Positions 1-11,367 of a DNA stretch of 64,000 nucleotides are shown in pieces (position 1 is the first letter of the stretch; each line of letters opens with the position of its first letter). The notes under the pieces are model-generated. The model was not told the DNA's origin and did not search any database. It saw only the letters and a program-made list of their open reading frames with translations. The stretch comes from an uncultured delta proteobacterium (GTDB lineage: Bacteria; Desulfobacterota; Binatia; UBA9968), in the NCBI GenBank assembly GCA_963737905.1, contig CAVTUQ010000026.1, forward strand, positions 96,001 to 160,000. The letters are read 5' to 3'. The position numbers were made by a program, and so were the translations under genes.

Positions 1-1
1 T

Positions 2-715
2 CTCTTCGCCTTTGCGTGAAGCGCGCGCCGGTTTAGCGCCGCTGTAACCATAGTTGGGAATAAAGTAACCGGCGATGTGTCCGGCGCACTCGTGCATCGA
101 GACAACGATGTGCTGGCCTCTGCCGCTTTCTAAACGATGGTAAAGCGCCACCGCAATTCCGAAGGCGCCGTAGGTGGATGCCATACCATAGGCGATCTCG
201 CCGGGAGGTTGCAGCGGCGGTTCTCCGGGTTCACCGGCGAGATAGAGAAGATTCCCGAGAGCGATACCCGCCATGTCGTTGGCTTTGTAATCCCGCCACG
301 GGCCGGTCTCGCCGAAGGGAGTGATTGACGCATGAACGAGTCCGGGATTACCGGCGCTCAGTTCTCGATAACCAAGGCCCAGCTCTTCTCTTCGCGCTGG
401 ACGGTACGTTTCGATGACCACGTCGGCTTTTTGGGCGAGCTCCAGCAATATCGCTCGACCGTCCGGCTTTTCGAGATCGAGGGTGATGCTTCGTTTGTTG
501 GTGTTGAAGTGGAGAAAGTAGAGGCTCTTCTCCGGATGCGGCGAATCGTCTTTGAATGGCGGAACTCGCCGCGCTTCGTCGCCGTCCGGCGGCTCGACTT
601 TGATTACGTCCGCGCCCATATCGGCGAGGAGCTTGGTGCAATGAAAACCCAAAGGGCCAGCGAGATCCAAGACCCGATATCCGGCGAGCGGGGGGTGCTG
701 ATTGTCTTCTGTCAC
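2..715 (-). CDS. CoA-transferase family III (CaiB/BaiF), partial, runs off the window start
   Basis: Not in the ORF track. Manual translation from GTG at 715: MTEDNQHPPLAGYRVLDLAGPLGFHCTKLLADMGADVIKVEPP...NTNKRSITLDL...ASITPFGETGPW, the typical family III motifs. Confidence 0.92.
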   Translation of the reverse strand, partial: MTEDNQHPPLAGYRVLDLAGPLGFHCTKLLADMGADVIKVEPPDGDEARRVPPFKDDSPHPEKSLYFLHFNTNKRSITLDLEKPDGRAILLELAQKADVVIETYRPARREELGLGYRELSAGNPGLVHASITPFGETGPWRDYKANDMAGIALGNLLYLAGEPGEPPLQPPGEIAYGMASTYGAFGIAVALYHRLESGRGQHIVVSMHECAGHIAGYFIPNYGYSGAKPARASRKGEE

Positions 716-887
716 GATGCCTTCTACTAGAAAAAACCCATTGCCGATTTCTCAGTACAGTTACTTCGGATTGGGGAATCCTGTCAAGACGCGCTGGAAC
801 TTTATTCTGGCTTGACTAAACTTTGCTGGAAGTGGTACGGGCATCTATGCGGAAGAAAATTGCAACAACGGCCGGAGGAGGCCGCCT

Positions 888-1883
888 ATGAAGCGTTTGA
901 TAAATTGGTGGTTGATTTGTGGATGGGTCGCGCTTGCGCCCACCGTATTTGCGGCATCGCAAACGGAGAGCGTCACTATCGGCTACTCGTCGTTCTCCGG
1001 CGCCTATGGGCCGCTCTGGATCGCGGTGGAAGACCAATTGGGGAAAAAATATGGTCTCGATCTGAAGGCAATTTATGCGGGCAGAATCCGGCCGCAGCAG
1101 CTACTCGCCAGCGGCGAGGTGCCCTTCGTCGTGGCGACGGGGACCGGCGCGCTGACATCACATATTCTCGGTGTCAAGGATCAAGTGATCGTGTTGACCT
1201 TTGTCAATAAGGTAAACAGCTCCCTTTTCACCAAAGCCGATATAAAGAGCCCCGAGGGATTGCGCGGTAAAACTATTGCCACCGGCCGCCCGGGCGCTTT
1301 CGCCGACGTAATGGTACGCTATGTTTTGAGCGCCAAGCTCGGGCTCGCGCCGGACCGTGACGTAAAGCTCTTGCCCATGGGGGAAGCGGCGTTGACCTTA
1401 CCGGCACTGGAAAAAGGTATCGTCGATGCGGCGTCGCTGACTATTCCCAACACCTTGATCGCAAAGAAAATGGGTTTTCGCGAGTTGGTCGATTACAGCA
1501 AAGCCGGAGTGGTATATCCGTACAATACCGTTACGACTTTGAGACAAACTCCGGGGAGAAATATTGAGTTAACAGAAAAGCTTTTGAAGATCATGATCGA
1601 GGGAATCCATATCTTCAAAACAAGCAAGCAAAGGAGTTTGGCCGTCCTGAAGAAATACATGCGGGGTGCGGGAGGTGATATTCTCGACGAGACCTATGAG
1701 GACACGAAGGCGAGCCTCGAGGCCGTGCCGACCCCGTCTTTAGAGGTCATCAAGACCGCATTGGATATACTCTCGTACCAGTACCCACAAGCAAAACAAA
1801 CCGATCCAAACCCGATCATCGATCCATCCTACGTCAAAAAGATTGAGCAGAGCGGATTCATCACGGCGTTGTACAAGAAGTGA
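888..1883 (+). CDS. ABC substrate-binding protein, NMT1/SsuA/TauA-like
   Basis: Signal peptide, GGAGG RBS, IKSPEGLRGKTIA and ALEKGIVDAA motifs. Confidence 0.88.
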   Translation: MKRLINWWLICGWVALAPTVFAASQTESVTIGYSSFSGAYGPLWIAVEDQLGKKYGLDLKAIYAGRIRPQQLLASGEVPFVVATGTGALTSHILGVKDQVIVLTFVNKVNSSLFTKADIKSPEGLRGKTIATGRPGAFADVMVRYVLSAKLGLAPDRDVKLLPMGEAALTLPALEKGIVDAASLTIPNTLIAKKMGFRELVDYSKAGVVYPYNTVTTLRQTPGRNIELTEKLLKIMIEGIHIFKTSKQRSLAVLKKYMRGAGGDILDETYEDTKASLEAVPTPSLEVIKTALDILSYQYPQAKQTDPNPIIDPSYVKKIEQSGFITALYKK

Positions 1884-1940
1884 GAGCCGAGAAGAAAATA
1901 TCCTGAATTTAGAAACTATTTCGGAAAGTGAGGCTTGCTT

Positions 1941-2987
1941 ATGCTAGAGGGTAAACTGCGAATCGCTCCCACCTGTTATCACGTGCTTCATCAAGTGCCG
2001 GTGATGACGGCCCACGAGATGAACTTTCTTTACGATGAGGGTCTCAAGGCTGCCGATGGTTCGCCGGCCTATACGATCTTGCATGATTCCATGGTGCCCT
2101 TTGGGCTGGAGAAGCTGGGGATCTCGCAAGCCATGAAAGAGAAATCGGTGGACATCGCGCTGGATGTTCAATCGCGGACGGTTTTCTTTCAGCGCGCCCG
2201 GGGCGCTGATCTTTACATCATCGCGGGTTGGAGAAATCAGCATACGAATGTCTGGGTCGCGCCGCCGCATATCAAGTCCCTGGGGGATCTAAAGGGCAAG
2301 CGTGTGGGAATCAGCGATTTCAATAGTATTCGCCATTGGGCGATACAGATTCAGTTGAAAAAGGCGGGTCTGGACTTGGACCGCGATGTGGAGTGGGTGA
2401 GAATAGGAGTCGCCTCTCACCTCCACAAACAGGCAATCAGGAGCGGCAGAGTCGAGTGCGGGCCGGTGCCAACCTGGGATGCGGAGGATCTTAAGAAGGA
2501 GGGGTGCAACGTACTGGTCAGTCCCGCGGATCAGTATCCTGATGGACGACCGGAGAGAATCATAGCCGCTACCGGACGGATACTCGAGGAAAAGCCCGAT
2601 TTAGTCAAAAGCTTTCTCAAGGCATTGATTCGTTCCTATTGGTTTGTGCGTGATATGCCGAAGAATTACGAATACATCACCAATCTCGAAAAAAGACTCC
2701 GGTTCCTGAGTCCCGACCCCGAAGAACGCGTGGTCAAAAATCATCCGTCTCGAACGGCGCGCGACTTGGAGGCGATGCCGTTTCCCATCGATGGGCTGGC
2801 CACTGGTTTTGAAGATATGCTCAAGGAAGAAGAGCGGCTCGGGGAGCTCAATTACAAGGTCCCCGCGATCAAAGAAGTCAGTGCACAGGATCTGGTCACC
2901 GAGGCGTACCAGGAATTGATTCAGCGAAAAGAGCTGCAGCCGGAATATCAGCGGGTAAGCGCCGTTGCGGAGCGGTGGGGGTACTGA
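1941..2987 (+). CDS. NMT1/THI5-like SBP-fold protein with no evident signal peptide
   Basis: IKSLGDLKGKRVGIS motif; no hydrophobic N-terminus. Start may be 1935 or 1941. Confidence 0.8.
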   Translation: MLEGKLRIAPTCYHVLHQVPVMTAHEMNFLYDEGLKAADGSPAYTILHDSMVPFGLEKLGISQAMKEKSVDIALDVQSRTVFFQRARGADLYIIAGWRNQHTNVWVAPPHIKSLGDLKGKRVGISDFNSIRHWAIQIQLKKAGLDLDRDVEWVRIGVASHLHKQAIRSGRVECGPVPTWDAEDLKKEGCNVLVSPADQYPDGRPERIIAATGRILEEKPDLVKSFLKALIRSYWFVRDMPKNYEYITNLEKRLRFLSPDPEERVVKNHPSRTARDLEAMPFPIDGLATGFEDMLKEEERLGELNYKVPAIKEVSAQDLVTEAYQELIQRKELQPEYQRVSAVAERWGY

Positions 2988-3044
2988 AAGTTTCCAAATA
3001 GCAGCCAGAGGTCAGTGTTCAGTATTCGGGTCGGGAGACGAGGT

Positions 3045-4091
3045 ATGAAAAGTAATAGGAACAAATTTTCAATGGCGGTTGCTCTAGGCCTGCTCCTTTT
3101 TTGTTTACTGTGGGTCGTATCAGTCCATGCTCAATCGCCGGGGAATTTTTTCGAAGGCAAAACGATCACACTTTTTGCCGGTTCGTCGGCGGGAGGCGGA
3201 ACAGATATCGCGACGCGGCTCATCGCGCGACATATGGAGCGGCATATGGCGGGGACGAGATTCCTGGTGGTCAACAAGCCGGGCGCGGGGGGCATGATTG
3301 CCGCAAACGAGCTCTATAACCGGAGCAAGCCGGACGGACTGGCCATGAGCACCATGAACACCGGCGCTCTTTTTGGCATCGCCACGGGCAACGACGCCTT
3401 GAAGTTTGACTTGCGGAAATTTATTTTTGTCGGCCAAGCTTTTGATGAAGCGCAGACGGTCTATATGCGCTCCACGACGCCTTATACAAGCTTCGATGCC
3501 ATTAGAAAGGCCAACAAGGAGGGCAAACTACCGAAGATGGGGGCGCAATCCCTCGACCACACCAGCAATGTTGTGGTGAAGATCGTCGGAGAAATTTTGG
3601 GCTTGGACTTTCAAGTCATCCCCGGTTATCCAGGTACCCCGGAGATATTGCTCGATATCGAACGGGGCGCACTCGACGGCCGCTCTCAGGGAACCGGCTC
3701 CCTCTTGAGCACCCGAAGGGCGTGGATCGAGAAGCGATTTATCCGGCTGCTCGCTACTTCAAAGAACAAGCGCGACCCCCGCATACCCGAGGTGCCGACG
3801 ATCGAAGAGCTGTCGCCTCCAGGGAAGAAGAATTTGCTGAGCGCGTTATATGCCGCCGAAAATATTGGTCGATCCATTGTCTTACCGCCGGGGGTTCCAC
3901 CGGAACGAGTCAAAGTTCTTCGCGATGCCTTTGCGGCGATGACTCAAGACCCGCAATTTTTGAAAGAAGCCGAAAAAATCGGACTGGAAATCGGCTTGAC
4001 CCGCGGTGAGGAGATGAACCGCGATATCGACAGCACGGTTGGCGACAAGGAGCTGATGGGTATATATCGCAAGATTATGACCGCGCAATGA
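3045..4091 (+). CDS. Tripartite tricarboxylate transporter substrate-binding protein (Bug/TctC)
   Basis: GSSAGGGTD, VVNKPGAGG, KPDGL and PPGVPPERVKVLRDAF motifs; signal peptide; GAGG RBS. Confidence 0.9.
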   Translation: MKSNRNKFSMAVALGLLLFCLLWVVSVHAQSPGNFFEGKTITLFAGSSAGGGTDIATRLIARHMERHMAGTRFLVVNKPGAGGMIAANELYNRSKPDGLAMSTMNTGALFGIATGNDALKFDLRKFIFVGQAFDEAQTVYMRSTTPYTSFDAIRKANKEGKLPKMGAQSLDHTSNVVVKIVGEILGLDFQVIPGYPGTPEILLDIERGALDGRSQGTGSLLSTRRAWIEKRFIRLLATSKNKRDPRIPEVPTIEELSPPGKKNLLSALYAAENIGRSIVLPPGVPPERVKVLRDAFAAMTQDPQFLKEAEKIGLEIGLTRGEEMNRDIDSTVGDKELMGIYRKIMTAQ

Positions 4092-4125
4092 ATGCTGACA
4101 ACTTGATTCTGACGGCTATATTCTT

Positions 4126-5562
4126 TTGAATTCTCTCGCCCTCCTCATCGATTTCGGCAGCACGTACACCAAAGTCGTTGCCGTGGATCTTCGTACCTCC
4201 GAGGTAATCGGTCGCAGCCAGGCCGCGTCAACGGTCAACACCGACGTGCGAGAAGGCCTCCTTCGGGCGCTGGCGGCGCTGCACGAAAGACACGCTTTGT
4301 TCGATCACCCGCCCACCGATCTGGGCGCGTTGGGAGACAATCTCGTGCTCGCCTCGAGCAGCGCTGCGGGCGGGTTGAGGATGGCTGTGATCGGCTTGGT
4401 TCCCGGTCTCACCGTCGAGGCGGCAAATACGGCGGCGTTGGGTGCCGGGGCCAAAGTGGTCGGCTCGTGGTCGTTCAAGCTCGCAGAGAAAGCTATGGGT
4501 GAGATCGAAGCGCAACGTCCCGACATGATCTTGCTCACGGGCGGCACCGATGGCGGCGATTCGGCGACCATCCTTCATAACGCGCGCTTGCTTGCGCGTT
4601 CCGCGCTGTCGGTTCCGATCGTCATGGCAGGCAATCAGGCTGTCATCGGGGAAGTTCGAGACCTCTTGACCCGTACCGGCAAGGAAGTCCGCTCGGCAAC
4701 CAACGTCATGCCGCGATCGGGCCAGCTTGCGGTGGACGCCGCGCGCGAAGAGATTCGCAAGCTTTTCATGGAGCGCATTACGCAGGCGAAGGGGCTCGAC
4801 GGCCTCGCCGGACTCGTGCCGGTGATTCTACCGACACCGATGGCAGCGCTTCAGGGCGCGCTTCTGGGCGCCCAAGGGACCCGGGAAGAGGAGGGTTGGG
4901 GCGATTTGCTAGTGGTGGACGTCGGTGGAGCAACGACCGATGTCCATTCGATCGGTTACGGACAAGCTACCGGCCCGCAGATCGTTGAGCAGGGTCTGCC
5001 GGAGGCCTTTGCCAAGCGAACCGTCGAGGGGGATCTAGGGATTCGTTTCAATGCAGGCACGCTGTTGGATCGAGTCGGTCTCGATGGGTTTGAAGAAGAG
5101 TTTCGCGCCGGCTTCCCGGGACTTCAAGTGTCGCGGGAGAAGATCGCGCAGTATATCGAGCAAATCAGTCAGGAGACCTCCCGTGTTCCGCAAGAAGATT
5201 GGCAGAGCGCAGTGGACGCGCAACTGGCGCGGATTGCCGTGGATCTTGCCGTGGAGCGCCACGTCGGAAAAAGAGAGAGAATTATAACTCGCGAAGGCGA
5301 AACCTGGGTCTACTACGGCAAGGACTTGAGCGAGACGCGAACACTGATCGGAACCGGCGGAGTGTTCATTTACAATTCACACGTCGCTCACATTCTCTCA
5401 CCGGCAGGCAGCGTCGATCGTCGCTATGATGTGCTCAGGCCTAAGAGCCCAAACCTTTTTGTCGATTCTTCGTATCTCCTGTACGCCGTCGGACTGCTTT
5501 CCCAGAGTCAACCCGATGTAGCGGTGCGGCTATTCAAGAAGAACATGAGCCCCTTAATCTAA
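4126..5562 (+). CDS. glmL: GlmL/MutL-type glutamate (methylaspartate) mutase accessory ATPase
   Basis: IDFGSTYTK, SSSAAGGL, ALGAGA, LLTGGTDGG, DVGGATTDVHS and KRTVEGDLG motifs. Confidence 0.88.
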   Translation: MNSLALLIDFGSTYTKVVAVDLRTSEVIGRSQAASTVNTDVREGLLRALAALHERHALFDHPPTDLGALGDNLVLASSSAAGGLRMAVIGLVPGLTVEAANTAALGAGAKVVGSWSFKLAEKAMGEIEAQRPDMILLTGGTDGGDSATILHNARLLARSALSVPIVMAGNQAVIGEVRDLLTRTGKEVRSATNVMPRSGQLAVDAAREEIRKLFMERITQAKGLDGLAGLVPVILPTPMAALQGALLGAQGTREEEGWGDLLVVDVGGATTDVHSIGYGQATGPQIVEQGLPEAFAKRTVEGDLGIRFNAGTLLDRVGLDGFEEEFRAGFPGLQVSREKIAQYIEQISQETSRVPQEDWQSAVDAQLARIAVDLAVERHVGKRERIITREGETWVYYGKDLSETRTLIGTGGVFIYNSHVAHILSPAGSVDRRYDVLRPKSPNLFVDSSYLLYAVGLLSQSQPDVAVRLFKKNMSPLI

Positions 5563-5571
5563 GTGAGTTGA

Positions 5572-5722
5572 ATTCCCCGCAGCTTGCCTCGTAGAATTGC
5601 GCCTTCCCGAAGTCCGTCATTCCCGCATGCCTTTAGCGGGAATCCAGGGAGGATGTTCGGACTGGACCCCCGATAAGAACATTCGGGGGTGACGATCTTG
5701 GAATAAATCGCAATTTTTTTGA
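5572..5722. repeat. Dispersed palindromic repeat family A, copy 1
   Basis: About 120 bp nearly identical to 47054-47172, with hairpins GTCATTCCCGC..GCGGGAATC and ACCCCCGA..TCGGGGGT. Confidence 0.85.
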
Positions 5723-5727
5723 TTCGC

Positions 5728-6812
5728 CTAGAGGTTATAAAGCCTGGCGGCGTTTTGTCCCATGATTTTGGTCTTGAGATCGTCGGAAAGATCCTTCCGC
5801 TCCATCACTTCTTCGACCGTGTGCGGAAATTTCGAGTCGCTATGATTATAGTCGGTGGCAAAGATCAACCGATCTGCCCCGACGAATTCGGCGACGTAGG
5901 GCAATGTCCGCTCTTCCATTTCGAAAGCATAAAACATTTGCCCGCTGCGCATATATTCGCTGGGCGGTTTCTTTAGCCAGGGCACCGTCGGCTGGAGAAA
6001 CTCAAAGTGCTCGTCTAGGCGCTCCATCCAGTAGGGAACCCAACCGGCGCCCGCCTCCATGAAGGCGACTTTGAGACGTGGAAAACGCTCAAAAAGCCCG
6101 CCGACAACCACACACAGCACGGCGATCATTTGTTCGAACGGGTGCGCCATGGCGTGGGTGTAAAACGGATGGTCGAAACGTTCCGTTGCTGCGGGGACGC
6201 CGTCGCCGGCGCCGACGTGAATGCATACGGGTACGTCGAGGCGCTCCGCCTCGGCGAAGAAAGGATAGAGGTCGGGATCGTCGAGGTTTTTTTTCGAGGC
6301 GGAAATCGGCGGCGCGGCCACAGCAACAAATTTGAGCTCTTCCACCGCGCGACGCAGTTCCTTGACGGCTTCCACCGGGTCTTGAATCGCTGTCAGCGCG
6401 ACTCCTTTGAGCCGGCGCGGATCGGCCTTGCAGTAACCGGCCAACCAGTTGTTGTAAACTCGCGCCATGGCCGAGGCGAAATCTTTGTCTTCGACGAACG
6501 GCAGGCTTAAAAAAGGCGAAGTGCCGAATAGGACTGCCGCTTCGATGCCTTCGAGGTCCATATCTTTCAGACGTTGGACAGGATCGATCATGCCGGTCGT
6601 CGGCTGCGGGTTGCGGTTGCGCGGCGCGCCGACAAAACTGCAACCTTTGCCCACCGGTTTGGGAGTCAAGCTTGCCGTCGATCATGACAAAGTTAAATCC
6701 GCGATTGTCCTTGACCGTTTTCGGCGCGCGTGAACGATAGGGTTCGCTCAAGCAAATCCGCCCACTTGATATCTCTTTCCAGCACATGGCCGTCGGCATC
6801 GATAATACGCAT
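5728..6812 (-). CDS. Amidohydrolase_2 family protein, two frameshifts near the 5' end
   Basis: GAGGAG RBS, then MRIIDADGHVLE. Continues in other frames as EPYRSRAPK and ...VCIH...FMEAGAGW...FATDYNHSD. Confidence 0.88.
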
Positions 6813-6941
6813 GATAATGACTCCTCGCTCGCTAACCGAAAATCACCGTAAATCACAATTATCAGAAACGACCGAGGTTTCTCAAGGGATTCTCAATTGC
6901 CAAATCAGAGCGGTATCAATCACAGTGAACCTTGACAATCG

Positions 6942-7140
<199 letters not shown>

Positions 7141-7844
7141 GCGTGTGAGTGAGGAGGACGGAAGACGTGCTCTCACGCGGGCTACGGCTGGACCTCTGGC
7201 GCAGATTGATCAAAAAGGATCGTGAGCCACGGACCTTCTACGGCCCGGGGCGGATTATCGGCGACTGATCACTATCACGCGAGCATGAGGACGCAGGCGG
7301 AAGCCGATCTTGACGGGTCTAGACGACGCGGTGGCGGGCTGCTGCCACTGGTGTATAAAAGGATATCTGTCAGACGGACGGAGCGCACGATCGTAACAGA
7401 TCGATGTCACGCTCTGCTACGCGGGGCAGAGGAGACTAAGAGCGTGAGATGCGCGTCGCGCAGAAAAGGCGGGGGCAACCCGGTGTACGAGATCGCGGCG
7501 TTAGCCCGATGCGGGCCGTCGCGCGCGATATCCAGATGATCTCAGCGGTCGACGCCTGACGACGCGGAATGGGTGAGAAGGTGCGCGCCGCACGATGTCG
7601 GAGCAGACTGGCGGGAGGATAACGATGGCCGATCAAGGCGCGTGCGGAGTCGCTGTCTGGGGGTCTTACCCAGTCTTACGTAGCCGCGGGGGGTGACTGG
7701 AAGGCGAGGGGGCGGAGCGCGCGGCTCGATGGACACATGGAGCGCCGACAGCGCGGCGTGTTATTGATATGAACGGCGACGGCGTCGCGACAGCGAGAGA
7801 CCGGGAGTCTGCCTGGCAAGGTGGAGCTTGAAGCCGGGCTAACT

Positions 7845-9080
7845 AACCCATCCGACATAATTTTACTGATTCAGGCAGCGATTTAGTTTTGTGATCTTTG
7901 AATGAGTTCTTGGACGGTGGAGCCACGAGAAACGCAGAGAATCCCTTGAGGTTTGAGGACGAGCGGTTGATGAATGAGCTTGAAGCGAGGTTTTAGACTT
8001 GCAAAGAACGACGTCTTTTGCGCGACTGGCTTTGGATAGCACGGTCTGAGCTGAAGTTTCAGATTGTGCCCAACGCAGATTGCTGCCAGGCCGAGTTGGC
8101 CCATAGTGATGAGTGGGACGACATCAAGCCCCTCCTTTGAGCTCAGCGAGTTTCGGCTCCTCGTCCGGCCATGAATCCCAAGGGCGGAGCGGCAGGGCCA
8201 GGTGGTGTACGCGAGTACTCAAAGTAGCCGTCTCGGGATCAAGAGATCGAGCTGATAGCTTTTGCGTTTCGTGATGCACGGCTTTCGTAGAACCACGCGG
8301 AGAGTTTTGCCAGCGGCTGGGGAGGAGACTCAAAGACCCATGCCTTCTCGAGCGCTGCCAGCGCTGGCGTCCGATCAGGGCCGCCCACCACTTAAAGAAG
8401 GCTTTGATGGCTAGCCGCCCTTTTTCAAATCGATGATTCGCTCTGGAAAGCCCGTCCATGCGAACTCCAAGGGAGCTCTTCCCAGTCGCCTCTGAATCCT
8501 CGATCAGATCGCGCAGGAAATACGCCCGGGATCATGACATTGCCGGCGATTCTCACCTCAAATGTGTCCGGTCTGAGCCAGATGGCAGAGGTATAGAGAT
8601 CTTTACGATGTGGGGTTGAACCCCCGAAGGCCCACGACGTGGGCCCGTGTATACGCTGCCGTCGAATCTATAGTCATCGGCCCGCCTCTCCCGCTCATGG
8701 CTCACACGATTACTGTTGATCTCCCCAGGCCTGAGGGCTGGTGCGTGACCGTAGCCACGGGCCCCTTCTTCCCGAGGCAGACGCAGCAGGCCGCAACCGC
8801 TTGACGGTCTTCCGAATGCCTGCCAGCGCCGGCCCCGACCAACGACTGACGATCACCAGATCTGTCGATGGCCGGTAGTCTCCTCCCACATCATACGGGA
8901 AACACCCCTGACTCTGCGTGAGGTCGATGATCCGAAGTATCGCCGATCAACTCCACCTCCGTAGGCGGTGATGTCCTGGAACTAAATTCGATCTTCAAAA
9001 AACTCTTGCATGGAAGAAAATCGGCTCTACTAATCTCACTTGGAGTGCCTCCTTGCAGGGTGTGTGTGGCAACGCTTATC
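7845..9080 (-). mobile_element. IS1380-family-like transposase remnant, heavily frameshifted
   Basis: Fragments across frames: LKIEFSS / QDITAYGG (N-terminal), KLAELKGG / DVVPTHHYG / ANSAWQQ / HNL (C-terminal DDE region), RFKLIHQP. Confidence 0.65.
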
Positions 9081-9162
9081 CCGCAACGTGCAGCATCAAG
9101 TATCCATCATGTGAAACTAACAAGCGAGAAGGAAAGCGAAGGAAAGAAGAAAAGCTCAGCGG

Positions 9163-10176
9163 TTACTTAACCTCGCCCGGAAACAGCTTCGATCCGTAGT
9201 CGCGGTTCACCTCACGGATGAGCGTGTTGTCGTAGAACCTTTTCGGGTCGAGCTCGGCAGCCTTTGATACCGAGGACTGTTCAAGGACAAGCTTGATCGC
9301 CGTCGGATCGACGGTCATGTCCTTGTTCCAAACCTTGACGCCTTGCTGGTAACTTTCTTCCAGCAGTTTGGGGTCCGTGAGTTTGGTGTATTGAGACTCG
9401 ACCTTCTTGGCGAATGCCGGATCGTCGATAGCGCGTTTCACGCCATCGAGATAACCCATGAGAAATATTTTCAAGGTGTTGGGGTTTTTCTGCACGAACA
9501 CTCGGGCGAGGCCCGTGCCCGGTCCGATGATTTTCAACCCGCGTTCGTAGTAGTCAACGATCACGGGGAAACCTTTATTGCGGGCCATCTCGCTTTGCGG
9601 CGGCGTTATGATCAGCCCGTCCGCATTGCCAATCAAAAATGTGGCCAACGCTTCGGGCGGGCCTTTGTGGTACAAGAGCTTGATGTCCTTTCCGATCTCC
9701 ATGCCATGCTCCTTGGCGGTTTTTCTCATGGCAATTTCACCGAACGCGCCTACGGAGGTCGTGGCGACGGACTTGCCGCGCAGACTTTCGAACGTGGTCA
9801 ATCCTTTCTGGCCAAACAAGACTAAAGTGCTGCGATCGACAGCCGCGCCGATATAGATGAGATCCGAGCCCGCCACATTGGCATGAATGGTGGCGGTGCC
9901 GCCCTGGTAGATGTCCACCGTGCCCGACAAGAGCGCCTGTGCCGAAGCCGTGGCGCTCAACTGGCTGATATTGAGGTTAACCCCGCGCTTTGCAAAATAG
10001 CCGGCCTCATGGGCCACGAGCAGCGGCAAATACAGCGGCCCGTAGGCGGCGATCGCCACTTCCAGTTGATTTTTTTCCGGCTTTAGCTCCTGGATTTGCG
10101 CGGCGAATGCTGGCACAGCATCGCGCGAAAGAGTGAACAAGACGCAGAGCACGAGAAATAGATAGACGAGTTGCAT
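9163..10176 (-). CDS. ABC substrate-binding protein, NMT1/SsuA-like
   Basis: Signal peptide, GGAGG RBS, EAGYFAKRGV and SLRGKSVA motifs. Confidence 0.88.
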   Translation of the reverse strand: MQLVYLFLVLCVLFTLSRDAVPAFAAQIQELKPEKNQLEVAIAAYGPLYLPLLVAHEAGYFAKRGVNLNISQLSATASAQALLSGTVDIYQGGTATIHANVAGSDLIYIGAAVDRSTLVLFGQKGLTTFESLRGKSVATTSVGAFGEIAMRKTAKEHGMEIGKDIKLLYHKGPPEALATFLIGNADGLIITPPQSEMARNKGFPVIVDYYERGLKIIGPGTGLARVFVQKNPNTLKIFLMGYLDGVKRAIDDPAFAKKVESQYTKLTDPKLLEESYQQGVKVWNKDMTVDPTAIKLVLEQSSVSKAAELDPKRFYDNTLIREVNRDYGSKLFPGEVK

Positions 10177-10242
10177 ACCTTCAACCTCCAGGGGTCAAAT
10201 ACAGGGAACTCCGGCTAGTTGTCAATGTTTATAGCCATGACG

Positions 10243-10272
10243 TTGACGGCGGGAAGCCTTTTCGCATAGTCT
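10243..10272 (+). promoter_or_regulatory. Putative sigma70 promoter TTGACG-N18-TAGTCT
   Basis: Upstream of the TctC gene; same architecture as 29044-29073. Confidence 0.5.
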
Positions 10273-10317
10273 CTCCTGTCACTTATCCCATGTCCGTGAA
10301 GAAAGGAAGGTCACGCT

Positions 10318-11348
10318 ATGCGCAAGATATTCTTTTTCTCTGCAGTGTTGTATGGTAATGGCTTCCGCGCTGAGACGCCCTGTTTCGGCAGCGGGCGAGG
10401 AATTCTATGGCGGCAAGGTGATTCGAATCGTCGTCGGGTTTTCCGCGGGCGGGGGGTTCGACACCTACGCCCGCGTCTGTCAGCCGATACATGGGGAAGT
10501 ATATCCCTGGGAACCCGACCATAGTCGTGGAAAACATGACGGGCGCCGGCAGCTTGATCGCCGCCAATCACATTTACAAAGTGGCCAAACCGGACGGTTT
10601 AACCATCGGGGCCTTCAATGGCAATCAGGTTTTAAATCAACTGGTGGGAGCGCCGGGCATTGAGTTCGATGCGCGGAAGCTGGGTTGGATTGGAGCCCCG
10701 GGTTATAACCATGATCTTTGCCTTCTCAACCAAAAAACCGGGGTCACCAGCGCTGAACAGTGGCTTTCTTCCAAAACCCCCTCAAACTCGGCGGGAAGCG
10801 CTCCCGGTACGCCCACGGACGACGGACCCAAGATTCTCAAGGAAGCTATCAGTTTACCTATGCGCTTGGTCAGCGGCTACAAAGGAACTGCGGATATTCG
10901 GGTTGCCGTGGAGTCCGGTGAGGTCGATGGTCTATGCGGTTTTTCCTGGGCCTCGATACGCGCGACATGGCGGAAGGCGATGGAGTTAGGGCAGGTTATC
11001 GTCATACTCCAAAACACGCCGAAGTCGGCCCCCGAACTGCAGAAAGTCCCGCTGGCCATTAGTTTCGCCAAAACCGCAGAAGCGCGCCAACTCATAGAGG
11101 CGGGGATTCACCAGCCCAGCGCTCTCACGTATAGTTACTCGCTGCCACCGGGCACGCCTAAGGATCGCGTGCAGATTCTCCGCCGTGCGCTTCTAGAGAC
11201 CGTAAAGGATCCGGAGTTTTTGAGCGATGCCGGAAAAGCGAATCTGGAGATCGCACCGGCTTCAGGGGAAGAAATCGAGCAGAGCATTCGGGAGTTGTTC
11301 AAGACCGATCCCAAAGTTGTCGCCAAGCTAAAGGAGATTCTGAAATAA
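10318..11348 (+). CDS. Bug/TctC substrate-binding protein, frameshifts in the first ~170 nt
   Basis: EEFYGGKVIRIVVGFSAGGGFDTYAR (frame of 10352) joins MGKYIPGNPTIVVENMTGAGS (frame of 10491). Confidence 0.88.
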
Positions 11349-11367
11349 GCGTAGGCGGACGGTCAGA

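Noticed and set aside
332-730. Long antisense ORFs (also 17236, 42891, 47618, 49988, 52418, 57365)
   Set aside because: They are shadow frames of well-supported genes on the opposite strand in GC-rich DNA.
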